Below are positions 19,264 to 27,857 of a stretch of DNA of 64,000 bases, piece by piece. This DNA is from an uncultured Pseudomonadota bacterium. GTDB taxonomy: Bacteria; Myxococcota_A; Polyangia; Fen-1088. Position numbers and translations under genes: made by a program. Location of the stretch: positions 96,001 to 160,000 of the forward strand of contig CAWKBC010000017.1 in the NCBI GenBank assembly GCA_963847705.1, in the 5' to 3' direction. The notes under the pieces are model-generated. The model searched no databases and was not told the origin of the DNA. It saw only the letters and a list, made by a program, of their open reading frames with translations. Every line of letters begins with the position of its first letter. The first letter of the stretch is position 1.

Positions 19264-20267
19264 GCGACACCGCCGCCACCTGGCACGACCTCTTCGCCAA
19301 CATTGGAATCTTCAGGGACGCCATCCTGGCGGGCGGCCTGGCCGGGGCCCTGCTCGGTTTCCTCGGGGTGCACGTGGTGTTGCGGCGGATGGTGTTCGCG
19401 TCGTCGGCCATCGCCCAGGCCGCCGCCCTCGGCGTCGCGCTCTCGTTCTGGGTGCCGGCCGTCATCGATCCGCTCGGCCACGCCGCCGGTCACGTGGCCG
19501 GCCCGGGCGGGCACGTCATCACGTCACCCCTCTTTCAGCCCGTGTTGTGGGCGATCGCCGCCTCCCTGCTCGCCACCCTGGTGTTCATCGCCAACCCGGT
19601 GCGCCTGCACCTGACGCGCGAGAGCATGCTGGGATTCGTCTTTCTGGCCAGCGGCGCCGGCGCGGTGATCATCGGAGATCGGATCACCCAGGACGCCCAC
19701 GATCTGACCACCATCCTCTTCGGCAGCGCGGTGGTGGTGCAGACCAGCGACCTCTACTGGGTCGGGGCGGCGACCGTGCTCCTGCTGGGCGGCCATCTGG
19801 TGCTCTGGCGGGCGCTGCTGTTCGTCGGCTACGATCCGCTCGGCGCCGAGGTGCAGGGGATGCCCGTGCGTGCGCTCAACGGGTTTCTCTTCGTGTCGGT
19901 CGGGCTGGCCGTCGCGCTTTGCACGCGGGCGCTGGGGGCGCTGCCGGTGTTCGCGTTCAGCGTGCTGCCCGCGATGACCGCGCTGGCGCTGACCTCGCGC
20001 ATCGGCCTCTGCTTTGTCCTGGCGACGGTGTTCGGCGCTTTCTCGGGCCTGGCGGGCTACGCCGTCTCGTTCCGGGCCGAGCTGCCGGTGGGCGCAACCG
20101 AGACGGCGATGGCGGCGGCGCTGCTGGCGGCGGCGCTCGCCTGGCGTTACGTCGGCGCCGAGCGCGATCGCCGGCGGGCGCGCCAGGGCGCCTCCCAGGC
20201 TGCCGCGACGGGCGGCTCGAAGAGCGCCCCCGAGACGGTCTCGGTGAAAGGCGGACCCCATGCTTAG
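19260..20267 (+). CDS. Metal ABC transporter permease (ZnuB-like)
   Basis: GFLGVHVVLRRMVF, ILFGS, YDP..AEVQG, LPVGAT; GTGA overlap; His-containing loop. Confidence 0.88.
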   Translation: MSDTAATWHDLFANIGIFRDAILAGGLAGALLGFLGVHVVLRRMVFASSAIAQAAALGVALSFWVPAVIDPLGHAAGHVAGPGGHVITSPLFQPVLWAIAASLLATLVFIANPVRLHLTRESMLGFVFLASGAGAVIIGDRITQDAHDLTTILFGSAVVVQTSDLYWVGAATVLLLGGHLVLWRALLFVGYDPLGAEVQGMPVRALNGFLFVSVGLAVALCTRALGALPVFAFSVLPAMTALALTSRIGLCFVLATVFGAFSGLAGYAVSFRAELPVGATETAMAAALLAAALAWRYVGAERDRRRARQGASQAAATGGSKSAPETVSVKGGPHA

Positions 20268-21567
20268 CGCGGTGATCGTCTGTCTGTTGGCGCAGCAGAT
20301 CGATCAAAGCGCGCTCGAAAAGGCCATGGCCGCGGACGCCGCCGCCAAGGCGGCCACGGGGCCGGCTGCGACGTCGACGTCGACGCCCGCCGGGCCGCCG
20401 GTCCCGGGCCTGACGCCGGCACCCGAGGGCGTCGCGGTGGATGTCACGCCGGGCGGCGGAAGCTGGGCCGCCCAGCAAGGCGCTCGCGCTCCCGGCGGCA
20501 GCCTCCTCAACCCGGCCCTCTCGTTCATCTTCGACGGCAGCTTCGGGTACTACGGCGCGCACACCGGTGACTTCGCCGCGCTCGGGTTGCCCGCGGCGGG
20601 CGACGATCCGTCCGTGACCCGGCAAGGGTTCGGCGTCCAGGAGATCGAGCTCGCCGCCCAGTCGGCGATCGATCCCTACTTCGAGGGGGCGATCTTCCTC
20701 ACCATCCCCAACCTCGACGGTCTGGAGGTCGAGGAGGCGTACCTCGTCACCACCTCGCTCCCGTTCAACCTGCAGATCAAGGCGGGGACCTTCCGCTCGA
20801 AGTTCGGACGCAACAACGGCCAGCACCTGCACGTGCAGTTCTTCACCCGGCGCCCGCTCATGACCGCGCTCCTCTTCGGTGAGGACGGATTGCGCGGGCC
20901 GGGCGCGCAGGCCTCGGTCCTGCTGCCGCTGCCCTGGTTCGCCACGCTCTACGTGGAGTCGTTCAGCATCACGCCACCCGACGATCTGACGGGTGTCGCG
21001 ACGTTTGGCGGGGGCGTGCGGCTCACCCCCAACAACCTGACCTACACGGCGGAGCTCGAGCAGTTCTTCGAGCTCGCCGAGTCGCACTCGCTGCTGGTGG
21101 GTCTCGACTTTGCGACCGGCCGCTCGGTCGACTGCACGATGGCCGCCCCCTGTGTCCCCCTCACCTTGGACGGTCCGCGCAGCTTTCTCTATGGCGCCGA
21201 CCTCTATTACAAATGGAAGCCGGCCAACGTCGCCCAGAGCTACGCCAGCTTTCAGTGGACCACCGAGTTCTACGCCCGCACCCTGGCCGACGGGGGGCCC
21301 ACCGAGGGGGCCGGCTACAGCGAGGCGGTCGTGCAGATCGACCGGCGCTTCTTCCTGGGGGGACGATTCGATCTGACCGGCTTGCCGAGCGGCCCCGACA
21401 TCCCGCGGCGCTACGGCGGCTCCGCCTCGCTCACCTTCACGCCGAGCGAGTTCTCGCGGCTGCGCCTCTACGTCCAGGAGCTCGGCGGCCCCGGCGTGGC
21501 CGCGACCACCGTCGGGTTCTTGCAGGCCGAGTACGCAATGGGCGCGCACGGCGCTCACCCCTTCTGA
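20260..21567 (+). CDS. Outer-membrane beta-barrel protein of metal-uptake loci (C-terminal GAHGAHPF)
   Basis: NPALSFI, EIELAAQSAIDPYF, EEAY, FGRNN.QHLH, SEFSRLR, C-terminal Phe. Confidence 0.75.
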   Translation: MLSAVIVCLLAQQIDQSALEKAMAADAAAKAATGPAATSTSTPAGPPVPGLTPAPEGVAVDVTPGGGSWAAQQGARAPGGSLLNPALSFIFDGSFGYYGAHTGDFAALGLPAAGDDPSVTRQGFGVQEIELAAQSAIDPYFEGAIFLTIPNLDGLEVEEAYLVTTSLPFNLQIKAGTFRSKFGRNNGQHLHVQFFTRRPLMTALLFGEDGLRGPGAQASVLLPLPWFATLYVESFSITPPDDLTGVATFGGGVRLTPNNLTYTAELEQFFELAESHSLLVGLDFATGRSVDCTMAAPCVPLTLDGPRSFLYGADLYYKWKPANVAQSYASFQWTTEFYARTLADGGPTEGAGYSEAVVQIDRRFFLGGRFDLTGLPSGPDIPRRYGGSASLTFTPSEFSRLRLYVQELGGPGVAATTVGFLQAEYAMGAHGAHPF

Positions 21568-21581
21568 TAGGAGATCTGCCC

Positions 21582-22502
21582 ATGCGCCTCGGATCCAAGC
21601 TCACCGCTCTCTTCCTGGCGGGCGCGATGCTGCTCGGCGCGCGGAGCGCCTCGGCCAAGCTGCGGGTGGTCGCCACCATCGAGACGCTGGCCGATCTCTG
21701 CCGCCAGGTCGGCGGCGATCGGGTCGAGGTCACCTCGCTCTCGCACGGTTACCAGGATCCGCACTTCGTGGAGGCCAAGCCCTCGCTGGTGCTCACCCTC
21801 AACCGCGCCGACGCGCTGGTCTACGTCGGGCTCGACCTCGAGATCGGCTGGCTCCCGCCGCTGGTGCAGCAGTCGCGGAACCCGCACATCCAGCGCGGGC
21901 AGCCGGGGAACATCGACGCCTCGACCGGCATCAAGGTCGAGGACGTGCCGAACATCCCCGCCGATCAGCTGCGCGCCCTCGGCGACATCCACCCGCTCGG
22001 CAACCCGCACTACTGGATCCCGCCCAAGAACGCCCGGGGGATCGCGCGCGTCCTGGCGCAACGATTCAGCGAGCTCGACGTCGCGGGGACGGCGGCCTAC
22101 CAGGCCGGCCTGGCCGCGTTCGAGCAGCGCCTCGACAGCAAGGAGAAGGAGTGGGACAGGGCCGCGGCGCCGCTGCACGGCCTCAATATCGTCACCTATC
22201 ACAAGAGCTGGTCGTACGTGGCCGAGTGGCTCAAGATGCAGGAGGTCGGCTACATCGAGCCGAAGCCGGGGATTCCGCCCACCGCCAACCACACCGCGCA
22301 GCTCATCGAGCTCATGCGCAAGTCGAACGTGAAGCTGGTGATCGTCGAATCCTTTTACCCGAGCAGCCTGGCCCGCTTCGTCGCCGAAAACGGGCACGCC
22401 CGCCTGGTGAGCGCCCCCTCCGACGTCGGCGCGGCCCCAGGCATCAAGACCTACTTCGAGCTGGTCGACGCGGTGATCGCCGCGTTCGTGGGCGGCAGGT
22501 AA
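21582..22502 (+). CDS. Metal ABC substrate-binding protein (ZnuA/TroA family)
   Basis: AGGAG RBS, signal peptide, QDPHFVE, HPLGNPHYW, TYHKSW, IEPKPGIPP. Confidence 0.92.
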   Translation: MRLGSKLTALFLAGAMLLGARSASAKLRVVATIETLADLCRQVGGDRVEVTSLSHGYQDPHFVEAKPSLVLTLNRADALVYVGLDLEIGWLPPLVQQSRNPHIQRGQPGNIDASTGIKVEDVPNIPADQLRALGDIHPLGNPHYWIPPKNARGIARVLAQRFSELDVAGTAAYQAGLAAFEQRLDSKEKEWDRAAAPLHGLNIVTYHKSWSYVAEWLKMQEVGYIEPKPGIPPTANHTAQLIELMRKSNVKLVIVESFYPSSLARFVAENGHARLVSAPSDVGAAPGIKTYFELVDAVIAAFVGGR

Positions 22503-22551
22503 GCTCGAGCGACGACCGACCCGAAGCTACCCACGAGAGCGATCCTCGACG

Positions 22552-23130
22552 ATGAGTCAAACCGCCACAGACGCCTTGCCCGCCCCGACCGTTCACGGGC
22601 CGCATCGGGTGGGCGTGGCCGGAATGTGGACCTTCCTGGCCACCGACGCGATGGGGTTCGCCGGCCTCTTCGTCGCCTACGGCGTGCTGCGCGTGCGCGC
22701 CGACGCCTGGCCCGACCCGCGCGCCCACCTCGGGCTGGGGCTGGGGGCGGCAATGACCTTTGGGCTGCTGGCCTCGGCGTTCACCATGACCCAGGCCACC
22801 CGTGCGACGGCGGCCCGGGCGCGCCTCGGCTGGCTGGTCGTGACCGCCGGCCTGGGGCTGGCATTTCTCGGGGCCGAGCTCGCCGAGTACCGGCGGCTGT
22901 GGACGGCCGCCGATCCGGTGCGGCTCGGCAGCGGCCTCTACGCGGGCACCTTCTACGCGCTCACCGGCTACCATGGACTACACGTCCTGGCGGGCATTGT
23001 TTCTCTGGTCGCGGTCGCGCTCCGTGGCGCGCGGCCGCGGAGCCTCGAGGTGGTGGCGATCTACTGGCACTTCGTCGATCTGGCCTGGATGCCGATCTTC
23101 ACCTTCCTCTACCTGATGCCCGCCCGATGA
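22552..23130 (+). CDS. Cytochrome c oxidase subunit III
   Basis: GMWTFLATDAM, FYALTGYHGLHV, YWHFVDLAW. Confidence 0.9.
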   Translation: MSQTATDALPAPTVHGPHRVGVAGMWTFLATDAMGFAGLFVAYGVLRVRADAWPDPRAHLGLGLGAAMTFGLLASAFTMTQATRATAARARLGWLVVTAGLGLAFLGAELAEYRRLWTAADPVRLGSGLYAGTFYALTGYHGLHVLAGIVSLVAVALRGARPRSLEVVAIYWHFVDLAWMPIFTFLYLMPAR

Positions 23131-23447
23131 CGACGACGACAACGGCAACGGCGCCCCATCGATCGCGGAGCGAACGACCGGTCGCCACCGCGCTGACGTT
23201 CGTGACGCTGGCACTGCTCACGGTCGCCGAGCTGAGGGTGGCCAGCGGCGCGGGCGCGGGGCCGGGGCGGGCCACGACGCTCGCTGGGCTGCTCATGCTC
23301 AAGGTTGGCCTGGTGCTGATGCTCTGCCTGCGCGCCGATTTTCGCCGCCGCTCAGCGTCGCGGCTGGTCATGATCGCGCTGATCTTCGCCGCTGGCGCCG
23401 CCGCCGTGCTGATGCTGGAGGCCGCTTTTCAGGCGCGCCTGCGATGA
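23127..23447 (+). CDS. Cytochrome c oxidase subunit IV-like (COX4_pro) membrane protein
   Basis: ATGA overlap, three TM helices, LALLTVAE and LKVGLV patterns. Confidence 0.65.
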   Translation: MTTTTTATAPHRSRSERPVATALTFVTLALLTVAELRVASGAGAGPGRATTLAGLLMLKVGLVLMLCLRADFRRRSASRLVMIALIFAAGAAAVLMLEAAFQARLR

Positions 23448-23665
23448 AACGGGACGGCAGCAGGAAGGGCAGGGCGAGCGCGGCCGTTTTGGCCGTGGGG
23501 CTGGCGCTGCTGGCCCGGCCCGCCGCTGCGCTCTGTCCCAACTGCCTCGGCCAGTCGTCGACGCTCGGCGCGGCGCTGCGGCTGGTCGGGATCTTCCTGC
23601 TGGTCCCGCCGGCGATCTTCTTCGCGGTGGCGATCGCCATCCGCAAGCTGTCGCGCGCGAGGTAG
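23444..23665 (+). CDS. Small membrane protein with CPxC motif
   Basis: ATGA overlap, signal-like segment, ALCPNC, one TM helix and a basic tail. Confidence 0.65.
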   Translation: MKRDGSRKGRASAAVLAVGLALLARPAAALCPNCLGQSSTLGAALRLVGIFLLVPPAIFFAVAIAIRKLSRAR

Positions 23666-23681
23666 TCACGATCGGCGCTGG

Positions 23682-24635
23682 CTACGGAGCGGCGTCTGCC
23701 CCGGCGTCGGGCGCGGGCAGGGGCGGCGGCACCCAGGCGGGCTGATCGCGCAGGTGCTGCTCCAGCGCGCCGGCCGCCGGGGTGTCGCGCAGCATCGCCA
23801 GCGAGCGGACGAAGTGGGCCATGGCCCACAGGTCGGCCTCGGGCAGGACGTTCTTCCAGGTCGGCATGGCGGTGCCGCCGATGCCCGAGGCGATGGCGCG
23901 GTAGATGTCGGCCAGCGCGTCGCCGCCACGCAGGTCGTTGAAGGTGAAGTCGGGCGGCAGGATCTTCACGCCGTAGTCGCTGTCCTTGGCGACCGCGAAG
24001 TAGAGGTCGGGGCGGAACTCGCGCACCTCGTTGCCGGTCAGCTCCTTGGTGAACGTGTAGATCTCCGGCTTGGTGGCGTAGGCGGGGTGGCAGGCGACCG
24101 CGCACTGGGCCAGGCCGTGATAGACGCGCGTGCCACGGGCGAGCGCCTCGGCCTCGCGTCCGACCCAGGGATCGGGCGAAGCAACCAGCGGTTCGCCGGA
24201 GGTTTCCGTGCGCCACCTTGGAGAGAAAGACTTCAAGTATTGGATGAGATCATCGAGCTCCGCCTCGGGGACGTCCCAGGCCAGCATGGCGGTGCCATGC
24301 AGGCCGTGGCGGATGGTGCGGACGAAGTCGGCGTCGTTGGGGAGCTGGCCGGCGGCCACGGCCGCGAACTTGTAGACGCCGAGGCGCAGATCGCGCGGCG
24401 GCGGCGAGAGGCCCGCGGCCGCCGTCCCCTTGCCGTCGCCGGCGTCGCCGTGGCAGGGGCGGCAGAAATGAGTGAAGACCTCGCGCCCGTGCTCGAGCGC
24501 GGCCGGCGCCACCAGGCGCCCCCCCAGCGTCACCGGCGCCGTGAAGGGCGGGGGCGCGCCGGGCAACCTCACCGTCCGCGTGCAGGCCGGCGCGGCCAAC
24601 AGCAAGAGGACGGCGGCGGTTCTCACAGCAGACAC
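23682..24635 (-). CDS. c-type cytochrome (CxxCH plus CxxxCH)
   Basis: CRPCHG..PPRDL..GTAM, and a second repeat CAVACH..PPDFT..GTAMPTW. Confidence 0.88.
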   Translation of the reverse strand: MSAVRTAAVLLLLAAPACTRTVRLPGAPPPFTAPVTLGGRLVAPAALEHGREVFTHFCRPCHGDAGDGKGTAAAGLSPPPRDLRLGVYKFAAVAAGQLPNDADFVRTIRHGLHGTAMLAWDVPEAELDDLIQYLKSFSPRWRTETSGEPLVASPDPWVGREAEALARGTRVYHGLAQCAVACHPAYATKPEIYTFTKELTGNEVREFRPDLYFAVAKDSDYGVKILPPDFTFNDLRGGDALADIYRAIASGIGGTAMPTWKNVLPEADLWAMAHFVRSLAMLRDTPAAGALEQHLRDQPAWVPPPLPAPDAGADAAP

Positions 24636-25126
24636 ACGGCCACGTAGACCACGATCCAGACGGCCAGCACGAAGTCCCAGTAGATGGTCAGGAGGCGCAG
24701 CCGGCGCGCCCCCGTCAGGGCCAGCGCGAGCAGGCCGCCGAGGACGTGGAGCGCGTGGAGGGCCGAGAGCGCGAAGAAGACCTCGCCCAGCGCACCAGCC
24801 GCCGGGCCGAGGTGGATCGCCACCAGGTGCCGCCAGAGCAGCGCCTGGGCGGCCAGAAACGCGGTGCCGAACGCGAAGGCCGCGCCTGCCCGGCCCCGCC
24901 GCAACGCCAGGCTGGCGGCGACCAGGGCGAGGGTGTTGGCGGCCGCGGCGCCCCGCGGGAACGGCGGCGCGCCGGTCGGGGGCCAGCTCGGCGCCTCCGA
25001 CCGCACGATCGCGTACGCCAGCAGCAACGCCGCGAACAGCATGGCCGTCGCGCCGAGGAAGATCAGCAGGCCGACCTGGGCGTCGATCTCGCGCCGGCGC
25101 GACGTCGCGGCAGGTGCCGTCGTCAC
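24623..25126 (-). CDS. Second cytochrome c oxidase subunit III-like protein
   Basis: GLLIFLGATAMLFAAL, FFALSALHALHV, IYWDFV; GTG overlaps the subunit I stop. Confidence 0.85.
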   Translation of the reverse strand: MTTAPAATSRRREIDAQVGLLIFLGATAMLFAALLLAYAIVRSEAPSWPPTGAPPFPRGAAAANTLALVAASLALRRGRAGAAFAFGTAFLAAQALLWRHLVAIHLGPAAGALGEVFFALSALHALHVLGGLLALALTGARRLRLLTIYWDFVLAVWIVVYVAVCLL

Positions 25127-26940
25127 GCCGGCTCCGTCGACGTCGGGGCGGCCCCGGTCGGTTGCGTCGGCCCCGGCGCCGCCTCGATCGGCTCGGCCTG
25201 GCCCAGCCAGTCGCGCCCCAGCGCGCGGGCAGCCGGGTGACTGAGCTCGTGGGGGCCGCGCACGACGATCGGGATCCGATCGAAGTTGTGGTGCGGCGGG
25301 GGGGAGGCGACCGTCCACTCGAGCGTGCCGACCTCCCAGGGGTTCGCCCCGGCGCGCACGCCGCGGGCCAGGCTCCAGAAGAAGTTCAGCACGAAGATGA
25401 GCTGGGCCGCGCCCAGCAGATAGGCCGCGTGCGAGATCCCTCGGTTCAGCGGCAGGAGCGGCTTCAGGAAGTCGTAGACCGACGGGTCGTAGAGCCGTCG
25501 CTGCATCCCCTGGTACCCGATCACCAGCTGCCCCATGAAGACCAGGTTGAGCGGGACGAAGGTCAGCCAGAAGTGCAGCTTGCCGAGCCCCTCGCTCATC
25601 ATCCGCCCGAACATCTTGGGGAACCAGAAGTAGACGGCCGCGAACAGCGACATCAGAAGTGCGGACGCCATGATCAGATGGAAATGCCCGACCACGAAGT
25701 AGGTGTCGTGCAGGTACATGTCCGCCGTGATGTCGGCCAGGTAGAGCCCGGTCAGCCCCCCGACGCCGAAGGTGAAGACCATCCCCAGGCAGAACAGCAT
25801 CGGCGTCGCCGTCCGGATCGCGCCGCGCCAGAGCGTCCCCAGCCAGCTGAGCACGAGGAGCGAGGTCGGCACCGAGATGATCATGGTCAGCAGCATGAAG
25901 CTCTCGCCGAGCAGCGGGCTCATGCCGGTGGTGAACATGTGGTGGCCGTAAACAACGGTGGAAAGGACCACCACGCCGACGAGCGACCCCACGGTCACGC
26001 GGTAGCCGAAGACCGGCTTCCGCGCGAAAAATGCCAGCAGGTCGCCCACGATCCCCCAGGCCGGCAGGATCAGGATGTAGACCTCCGGGTGGCCGAACAG
26101 CCAGAAGAGGTGCTGGTAGAGGATCGGATCGCCCCCCGCGCCCGGCGTCGTCCCGGCGATGAAGAACTGCGTGCCGAGCACGCGGTCGAAGAAGAGCAGG
26201 ACCATCGCCGCCCCCAGCACCGGCACGAACAGCGCGTTCAGGATCGAGGTCAGGAAGAAGCCCCAGACGGTGAGCGGCATCCGCAGATAGGTCATCCCCG
26301 GCGCGCGCATCCGCAGCACCGTGGTGATGTAGTTGACCGCCCCCATCACCGACGAGGCGCCGTTGAGGTAGATCGCCACCACCCACAGCGTCTGGCCGGG
26401 ACCAGGCGCGCCGATGGTGGTGGAGAGCGTGGCGTAGGCGGTCCAGCCGGCCTCGGGCGGACCGAGCGGGACGAAGAACGACGCGGTCAGGACGGCCGTC
26501 GCGGCGAACATGGTCCAGAACGACGCCAGGTTGAGCCGCGGGAACGCCATGTCGCGCGCCCCCAGCATGAGCGGCAGCAGGAAGTTGCCGAAGCCGCCGA
26601 TCAGGATCGGCGTCACCGCGAAGAAGATCATGATCGTCCCGTGCATCGTGAAGAGCGCGGTGTAGGCGACGGGGGAGATCACGCCGCCCGACGGTCCGAA
26701 CAGCAGCTTGCCGACCAGCGGCACCGGCGCGCCCGGGCGAGCCAGCTGCCAGCGGATGAGCATCGCCATCACCCCGCCGATGGCCAGGAACGCCAGGCCC
26801 AGAAAGAGAAACTGCCGCCCGATCACCTTGTGATCGACGGAGAAGACGAAGCGGCGGAGAAATCCGGTGGGCGCGGGGGGGATCACGTCCTGCGCGTCGG
26901 CCTGCCCCTCGGCGGTGGCGGCGCTCCCCTGCGCGATCAC
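25123..26940 (-). CDS. ctaD: Cytochrome c oxidase subunit I (A1 type)
   Basis: VDHKVIG, TMHGTIMIF, DMAFPRLN, FGHPEVY, GHHMF, HDTYFVVGHFH. Confidence 0.95.
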   Translation of the reverse strand: MIAQGSAATAEGQADAQDVIPPAPTGFLRRFVFSVDHKVIGRQFLFLGLAFLAIGGVMAMLIRWQLARPGAPVPLVGKLLFGPSGGVISPVAYTALFTMHGTIMIFFAVTPILIGGFGNFLLPLMLGARDMAFPRLNLASFWTMFAATAVLTASFFVPLGPPEAGWTAYATLSTTIGAPGPGQTLWVVAIYLNGASSVMGAVNYITTVLRMRAPGMTYLRMPLTVWGFFLTSILNALFVPVLGAAMVLLFFDRVLGTQFFIAGTTPGAGGDPILYQHLFWLFGHPEVYILILPAWGIVGDLLAFFARKPVFGYRVTVGSLVGVVVLSTVVYGHHMFTTGMSPLLGESFMLLTMIISVPTSLLVLSWLGTLWRGAIRTATPMLFCLGMVFTFGVGGLTGLYLADITADMYLHDTYFVVGHFHLIMASALLMSLFAAVYFWFPKMFGRMMSEGLGKLHFWLTFVPLNLVFMGQLVIGYQGMQRRLYDPSVYDFLKPLLPLNRGISHAAYLLGAAQLIFVLNFFWSLARGVRAGANPWEVGTLEWTVASPPPHHNFDRIPIVVRGPHELSHPAARALGRDWLGQAEPIEAAPGPTQPTGAAPTSTEPA

Positions 26941-27764
26941 TTCCCGGTCTCCCAGTCCCACGCATCCGTGAAGACCGCGCTCGCCTGGACGGAGCCGGGC
27001 TCCGCCGGGCGCAGTCCGTCGCGGGAGGGTTCGGGAGCCCCCTGGGGGTTCCCGAGAGCAGTTGCCTCGTTGCGGAGGCGGCTGTCGGTCTCGGCGCGCG
27101 CCAGCCAGTCCCGGTAGTCGGCCTGCGGGCGGGCGATCAGGAGCCCACGCATCTTGTAGTGGTTGACGCCACAGTGCTGCGCGCAGGCGATCTCGAACCG
27201 TCCGGGCTCGGTCGCCTGGAACCAGAGGCGCGTGGTCATTCCCGGGATGGCGTCGATCTTGGTGCGGAAGTTCGGCAGGTAGAGCGCATGCACCACGTCG
27301 CGCGAGCGGAGCTTCAGGTAAATGGGGCGCCCGACCGGGATGTCCAGCTCGTTCAGGGTCACCACGTCGTCGGCTGTCCCGAAGTGGCCGTCGGGGCCGG
27401 CGGTCCGGAACGTCCAGGCCCACTGCCGCGCCGTCACCTCGACCCGCAGCGCGTTCGGATCTGCGTCCGGGTAGCGCCAGAAACGTGACTCGAGGTCGCG
27501 GGAGGTCCGCAGCGCCAGCGTCACGTCGATCGCCACGAACATGACGAGCGCCACGGTGAACATGAGCGCCCGGTCGCGTGGCCGCGTCCCGTGGGTGTGG
27601 TGCCCCCGGGTCCGCCTGGCGCGGGCGCGGTGGAGCACGAGCGTCACCAACAGGAAGCCGAGCGCGGCCGCGAAGGCGATCCCGGTCGTCAGCGTCAGGT
27701 AGCCGATCGCGCCGTCGACGAGGTGCCCGTCGAGCGAGGCGTCGCGAGGCAGGACGATGTGCAC
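26937..27764 (-). CDS. ctaC: Cytochrome c oxidase subunit II
   Basis: Two TM helices, ARQWAW, DVVHAL, KIDAIPG, CuA motif CAQHCGVNHYKM. Confidence 0.93.
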   Translation of the reverse strand: MHIVLPRDASLDGHLVDGAIGYLTLTTGIAFAAALGFLLVTLVLHRARARRTRGHHTHGTRPRDRALMFTVALVMFVAIDVTLALRTSRDLESRFWRYPDADPNALRVEVTARQWAWTFRTAGPDGHFGTADDVVTLNELDIPVGRPIYLKLRSRDVVHALYLPNFRTKIDAIPGMTTRLWFQATEPGRFEIACAQHCGVNHYKMRGLLIARPQADYRDWLARAETDSRLRNEATALGNPQGAPEPSRDGLRPAEPGSVQASAVFTDAWDWETGK

Positions 27765-27857
27765 GGCCGGGTCATTCCTAACGCGCGCCCGAAGCGGAAA
27801 GCAATCACCACAAAATCAAACGCCGGCCGGACGTTTTATGGATAGGATTCGCGCCCG

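Noticed and set aside
18444-20267. ATPase-permease fusion (607 aa)
   Set aside because: Artefact of the +1 frameshift. Walker B and the H-loop lie in another frame that stops at 19263.
24623-26965. 780-aa ORF
   Set aside because: Alternate frame of subunit I; only the last 167 aa (subunit III-like) are real.
27800-27822. FNR/CRP box upstream of the oxidase operon
   Set aside because: Only one ATCAA half-site; no TTGAT-N4-ATCAA.
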